Shown here one piece after another: positions 28,011 through 32,100 of a stretch of 32,100 bases of DNA; the first letter of the stretch is position 1; every line of letters begins with the position of its first letter. The DNA is taken from positions 1-32,100 of the forward strand of contig JALUTL010000183.1 of assembly GCA_027016475.1 (NCBI GenBank), written 5' to 3'. The DNA comes from Candidatus Heimdallarchaeota archaeon. Its GTDB lineage: Archaea; Asgardarchaeota; Heimdallarchaeia; Heimdallarchaeales; Kariarchaeaceae. The notes beneath the pieces were generated by a model. That model worked only from the letters and a program-made list of their open reading frames with translations. It had not been told where the DNA came from and did not search any database. Made by a program: the position numbers and the translations under genes.

Positions 28011-28042
28011 AAATCAGGAAAATGCAAATCAGCTCCTGATTT
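28011..28042. repeat. inverted repeat / candidate operator immediately upstream of the TATA box
   Basis: AAATCAGGA (28011-28019) pairs with TCCTGATTT (28034-28042). An internal third copy of AAATCAG (28026-28032) allows an alternative 7-bp hairpin. Confidence 0.45.
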
Positions 28043-28050
28043 ACGTGGGG

Positions 28051-28058
28051 TTTATATT
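28051..28058 (+). promoter_or_regulatory. TATA-box-like element for the longin-TM gene
   Basis: TTTATATT lies 24-31 nt upstream of the ATG at 28082, consistent with archaeal leaderless mRNA geometry. Confidence 0.4.
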
Positions 28059-28081
28059 CAATCTCTTCCTTCATGTTTTAG

Positions 28082-29392
28082 ATGATCAAGACCCTAATTG
28101 TCATGACAACCTATGGTCAAATCTACTTCTCCAAGGAATTTGGAGAAAAAGAAATCGAAACGGATATTTCATTGACAGCCGGTTTGATCAGCGCAGTATA
28201 CAGCATGACGACCGAAACTGAAGGGGAAAAGATAGAAAATTTGGATCTCCAGAATGTCAGAACCATATTCAAAGAAAGGGAAGGTGATCTCTTGTTTGTC
28301 CTGACATTGGACAAACGGATGGATCAGCAGGATGCTCAAATTTTGCTTGACGAGTTAATTTTGGCTTTCAAGGAAAAATATGGTGACAAATTGATTGATG
28401 GGATGATCTTGACTGATTTTCAGGACAATGTGGAAGAAGTCGTTAAAGAGAGGCTTTGGTACAACAATGTCGAGCAGAAAGCAGACAAGGTGATGACCCC
28501 GCTGACATTGTTTTCTCTTATGTTTTGTGCATTTTGGTATCCTATGCTTTTCCTATCCAATTCACAAAGAAATTACGATCTCATCAAGATCAATGTTTTG
28601 GGTGCCGTTCCCACACCTGGGACTGGATTGGCAACATTGGCCATTATGGGTGTGGTCTTTACAGCGCCAGGATTAATCACCATTTTGTTGATGGTACGAG
28701 AAAAACGACTTCTTCAAATGTTCCGGTTCTTTCCTTCCTTCATAGGCAGACCTACACGAGGAGCGTATGCAGAAATTCTTCCATGGTGGTACAGCTTTTT
28801 TGCGCTAATTTCCGCTTCAATGTTTATTTCTGTGGTTATCCATGGCAGAGGGTTCTTCTACCATCTCCGTTTCAATACGCTCAGTGAAAGCTCGCTTCAA
28901 ACCAATGTTGCAGCGTTCGGTTTTGAACGATGGTGGCTTGGCTTTCTGTTGTTTGAAATCTTGATATTACTGACCTACCTTTTAGTTCAGCCGTTACTGA
29001 TTGGAGTGATGACTGGCAATTTGAACAGAAACTATATGAACACCTCAACTTTCTTGGCAGGAATGGCACTGTTGATTCTTGTGCCTACACAGGTTCTTTC
29101 TGGCACATTGTATCAGGAACTGATGGGGTTCAACCCTCAGAACGAGATTCTCTCTAGGGCAGAGCAAACTTCTCTTCAGTTCCTGCTTTTGGTTGCTTTG
29201 CCTATTTTCCTGACATTCTTTGTGTATATTTATGTTACGGGTATTGGTTTTTCAAGATTGATCAAAAAGAACCCGGAAAGGTATCCAATTGCATTTGCTG
29301 TCTCTCTGTTCACATTGTTGGCGCTTCAGTTGTTCCTCTTCTGGCTATTCTTCCAGAGCAGAAGCTTCATTTTTGATCGGGTGATATTCTAG
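28082..29392 (+). CDS. membrane protein with an N-terminal longin/roadblock-like cytosolic domain fused to a ~7-TM domain
   Basis: aa 1-~130 show a beta-beta-alpha-beta-beta-beta-alpha-alpha pattern (KTLIVMTTYGQIYFSKEF / LTAGLISAVYSM / IENLDLQNVRTIFKEREGDLLFVLTLD / AQILLDELILAFKEKYG) resembling longin domains. Seven hydrophobic helices follow. Confidence 0.55.
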   Translation: MIKTLIVMTTYGQIYFSKEFGEKEIETDISLTAGLISAVYSMTTETEGEKIENLDLQNVRTIFKEREGDLLFVLTLDKRMDQQDAQILLDELILAFKEKYGDKLIDGMILTDFQDNVEEVVKERLWYNNVEQKADKVMTPLTLFSLMFCAFWYPMLFLSNSQRNYDLIKINVLGAVPTPGTGLATLAIMGVVFTAPGLITILLMVREKRLLQMFRFFPSFIGRPTRGAYAEILPWWYSFFALISASMFISVVIHGRGFFYHLRFNTLSESSLQTNVAAFGFERWWLGFLLFEILILLTYLLVQPLLIGVMTGNLNRNYMNTSTFLAGMALLILVPTQVLSGTLYQELMGFNPQNEILSRAEQTSLQFLLLVALPIFLTFFVYIYVTGIGFSRLIKKNPERYPIAFAVSLFTLLALQLFLFWLFFQSRSFIFDRVIF

Positions 29393-29736
29393 AGGCCAGA
29401 AGTCTTTGTTTCACTTCCTTGCCGTTCTTGTGGATAAAGCCGCTCAGTAGTATTCATTTCCCTGCAACCCAAATCTAAACACTTCTTTTTGACAGCAAGC
29501 ATCACTCGGGTCAAGGTATGCAAGTCACCCAATTCATATATTCCGGTTTTTAGATCTGCAAAGGTGTCAAACGCAACTCCCTGTTCTTCAAGAACCAAGA
29601 CAACTGTCGCACCATATTTTGAGAGTGTTACAACTCTTGTACCGTTAACGTCCCTATCTGAAATAAATTTGAATCTGTCCTTATGAAAATCATCCAGAAT
29701 TTTCTCAAACAATTCTCTTTGCTCTTTGGTTGGCAT
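29389..29736 (-). CDS. hypothetical small protein downstream of the EF-2-like gene
   Basis: 115-aa ORF on the same strand, 48 nt after the EF-2-like stop. No recognisable motif. Confidence 0.5.
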   Translation of the reverse strand: MPTKEQRELFEKILDDFHKDRFKFISDRDVNGTRVVTLSKYGATVVLVLEEQGVAFDTFADLKTGIYELGDLHTLTRVMLAVKKKCLDLGCREMNTTERLYPQERQGSETKTSGL

Positions 29737-29784
29737 TATGAATGATAATTTGGTAGTTCTTTAAATGTTGATATTGATTGACAG

Positions 29785-32028
29785 TTAGGTTTGCTTGTAG
29801 ATGAATCTGGCCCATGTATCCATTGTTGGAACCTCTTCCTTTAGGCCGTTTCTTACTCGGATGAACCTGATTTTCTCATCTCGCAGATGCGGTGGAACCT
29901 CTTCGAAATGGCTGAATTGATAGCCGAAGAAACCTCTTCCAGCAGTTGCACCACGAATTTCATCTGCCAAGTCTGTGGTTTCTGATGTTGGAAGCAGACC
30001 TCTGATCATGTTGTTGCCACCTGCTTCTACAATTTCTTGAATTATACCTCTATGCTGGGTCAGAAGACCAGTAATTGCACCAACATATTCAGAAGGCGCC
30101 TTTACGTCTATGATCAGCATCGGTTCAAGCAAGGTAGGTTCTGCGGTCAGATAACAGAGGTTACAGGCTGCAGAAACCATGGTCATAATTTCTGTGAGAC
30201 CAGTGTGGGCAGGGTCAGTGTGAACCGTTGCATCAGTCATTTCGAAAAGGACACCCATAAGGGGTTCACCTGCAAGGGTTGCCTTCTTCGTAAACTGCCT
30301 CCATGTGTTAATGACGAATTCCTTGATTCTCTCCAATCTCTGTACACCTTTGGTGTTTTCGATGAATAGGTTGGTGTCAGATGATGCCCAGAACCCTCTA
30401 AAGAATTTTTCGTCGAATTGTGGATATCTCTCAAGATCCATATGGGACGCAAGAAGGGCTGCACGCTCCTTGGTGTCCATCATTGACAGGTCTTTTCCTT
30501 CCTTCAGGAAATCAATCATGGATTTTGGCAATGGATAAAGCTTGAGCTGTATCCTGTTGTGTCCATTTGGCGACTTGGTCGTAAATATTTCTGATTCCTT
30601 CTTGATAGTTTCCCTGTGGACAATAACGGGGTCACTGACCTCAATTGGAACCTGCTCGTTGATACGGGTAATCAGAATTTCTATCTGCAATGGATCAATT
30701 CCTTCAATTGTGTATTTTTTGGTTTCAGGATCCATTTCATAGCTGGCTGTAGGATCTGCCATGATCCATTTGCTAATTACCTCTCCAAGTTTTGCAACAT
30801 CTGTTTGCTTTTTGGGGAATATTGCTCTGGAAACAACAGGTTCTGCAACGTACGAAATGGATTCAAATCCAACAATGTCCGTACCATCTCTCGTGAATGA
30901 TTCACCTGCTGGACAAATGAAACCTTGAGCGGCAAACAGGTTGCCGGCAGGGATTTTTGGAACTGCCAAGATGTCAGTAATTTCCATTACGCCCAACCTT
31001 CGGATGCTGACCTTCTGTCTTCCGTTAATCAAACGAAGTTTGTCTGTTTCATGTAGAGTGCCTGAAAAGACTCTTCCGATGAGCGTCTCTCGCTTGGTTC
31101 TCGGATCAATGAATATCTTTGTGATCATGCCAAGAAGCGGTCCTTCTGGGTCACAATTCAAAAGGGCCTGTCCTGCAGGGGATTCAAGATCTCCTTTCCA
31201 TATATTTGGAATCTTGTACTTTTGCGACTCCTTTGGATTTGGCAAGTGCTGAATAACCATTCGCAGTAAAGCATCATCCAATGGAAGGTTTTCTCTGAGC
31301 CATTTTTTGTCATCTTGGCTATACTTTTCGAAGACTGCCTGTGGTGTCAATTTTTTCATTTTCAATATTTCTACTGTGAACGCCCATCCGTCTTTTGCGG
31401 AGCCTACTGCGACAGAGTTGTCTTGAAAGGTCACTCTCCATGATTTTTGAAGTTCCTTAGGAACAATTGCCTTGATTTTGTTGTTGACTTGGCTCACAAT
31501 AATGTCTAACCGTGAAAAGACATCCTTTGGATCGAGTTTAAGCTCAGAAATCAAACGATCAACCTTATTGATGAACAGAACTGGCTTGCAGTATTCTTCT
31601 CCTACTGCCAATTGAATGTTGGTTTCTGTCTGTGTCATCATTCCTTCAAGAGCATCTACCAAAATGACTGCACCGTCTGAACCTCGAAGAGCTCGGGAAA
31701 CCTCTCCAGTAAAAGAAAGGTGTCCGGGAGTGTCATTGATTTGGAATAGATAATCATTGATTGTGCCATCCTCTTCTTGGTATTGGTATGAGAGGATAAC
31801 GACTGTTGTGAAAATGGTAATACCTCTCTGCTGCTCCTCATCGTCACTGTCGGTCATCCGCTTTTCTCCAGCGGTCTCTGCGGACATCAATCCTGCCTTC
31901 GCCAAAAGATAATCTGCCGTAGTGGACTTTCCATGATCAATATGTGCTGATATGGAAAAGATGCGCCGCAATTCAATGGGATGATTCATGATCATATCTC
32001 GAATTTCATCAGCGTTCTTTACTTTCAT
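29785..32028 (-). CDS. elongation factor 2 (aEF-2/EF-G) family GTPase with a non-canonical diphthamide loop
   Basis: G1 AHIDHGKST, G2 RGITI, G3 DTPGH and G4 NKVD. Domain IV has SPNGHNR. The loop VHTDPAHTGLTE (30190-30225) replaces the canonical H-x-D-x-x-H-R-G-x-x-Q. The C-terminal domain V is collinear with aEF-2. Confidence 0.85.
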   Translation of the reverse strand: MKVKNADEIRDMIMNHPIELRRIFSISAHIDHGKSTTADYLLAKAGLMSAETAGEKRMTDSDDEEQQRGITIFTTVVILSYQYQEEDGTINDYLFQINDTPGHLSFTGEVSRALRGSDGAVILVDALEGMMTQTETNIQLAVGEEYCKPVLFINKVDRLISELKLDPKDVFSRLDIIVSQVNNKIKAIVPKELQKSWRVTFQDNSVAVGSAKDGWAFTVEILKMKKLTPQAVFEKYSQDDKKWLRENLPLDDALLRMVIQHLPNPKESQKYKIPNIWKGDLESPAGQALLNCDPEGPLLGMITKIFIDPRTKRETLIGRVFSGTLHETDKLRLINGRQKVSIRRLGVMEITDILAVPKIPAGNLFAAQGFICPAGESFTRDGTDIVGFESISYVAEPVVSRAIFPKKQTDVAKLGEVISKWIMADPTASYEMDPETKKYTIEGIDPLQIEILITRINEQVPIEVSDPVIVHRETIKKESEIFTTKSPNGHNRIQLKLYPLPKSMIDFLKEGKDLSMMDTKERAALLASHMDLERYPQFDEKFFRGFWASSDTNLFIENTKGVQRLERIKEFVINTWRQFTKKATLAGEPLMGVLFEMTDATVHTDPAHTGLTEIMTMVSAACNLCYLTAEPTLLEPMLIIDVKAPSEYVGAITGLLTQHRGIIQEIVEAGGNNMIRGLLPTSETTDLADEIRGATAGRGFFGYQFSHFEEVPPHLRDEKIRFIRVRNGLKEEVPTMDTWARFIYKQT

Positions 32029-32100
32029 AGCTAAATCCCAACTTTTACTTTCTTGGCCTTATGCCAGACTTAAGTTGATAGTGGATTACAACTTTAAAAT

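Noticed and set aside
1-32100. Scan for CRISPR arrays, tRNA/rRNA genes, transposases, integrases and long terminal or inverted repeats marking a mobile island.
   Set aside because: No non-coding stretch exceeds ~130 nt. No cloverleaf-compatible sequence, no repeat-spacer periodicity and no recombinase-like ORF was seen.

Overview
AT-rich, densely packed archaeal chromosomal segment with about 30 protein genes, short intergenic spacers, TATA-like boxes about 25 nt upstream of start codons, and no tRNA, rRNA, CRISPR or transposase/integrase genes. Archaeal markers are ribosomal protein L40e (a 53-aa gene missing from the ORF track), an aEF-2-family GTPase, Trm5/Taw22, a DUF371 protein, a KaiC-like RecA-fold protein and IorA. 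A longin/roadblock-like module and a divergent EF-2 suggest an Asgard-like lineage, but this is inference only. Housekeeping and transport genes include Ogt, DedA, an alpha/beta hydrolase, 3-mercaptopyruvate sulfurtransferase, a frameshifted aldo/keto reductase, a metallophosphoesterase, a TRASH/YHS protein, a eukaryote-type fumarylacetoacetase, an MFS transporter, CrcB plus DUF190, PMM/PGM, an orphan C5 DNA methyltransferase, a heterodimeric ABC exporter pair and an EamA transporter. The best candidates for undescribed biology are: (1) a two-gene cassette (11752-16177, minus strand) encoding an SF1B Upf1/DNA2-like helicase with an unassignable ~340-aa N-terminus, translationally coupled to a 579-aa wHTH-containing protein of unknown function, possibly a helicase-centred defence or nucleic-acid surveillance module; (2) a longin-like domain fused to a ~7-TM membrane domain; (3) an EF-2 family GTPase with a non-canonical diphthamide loop; (4) an unannotated C/D box sRNA whose D guide matches the SSU rRNA decoding centre; (5) an L40e-C5-methyltransferase bicistron. 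All family calls rest on motif recognition by eye, with no database searches run.
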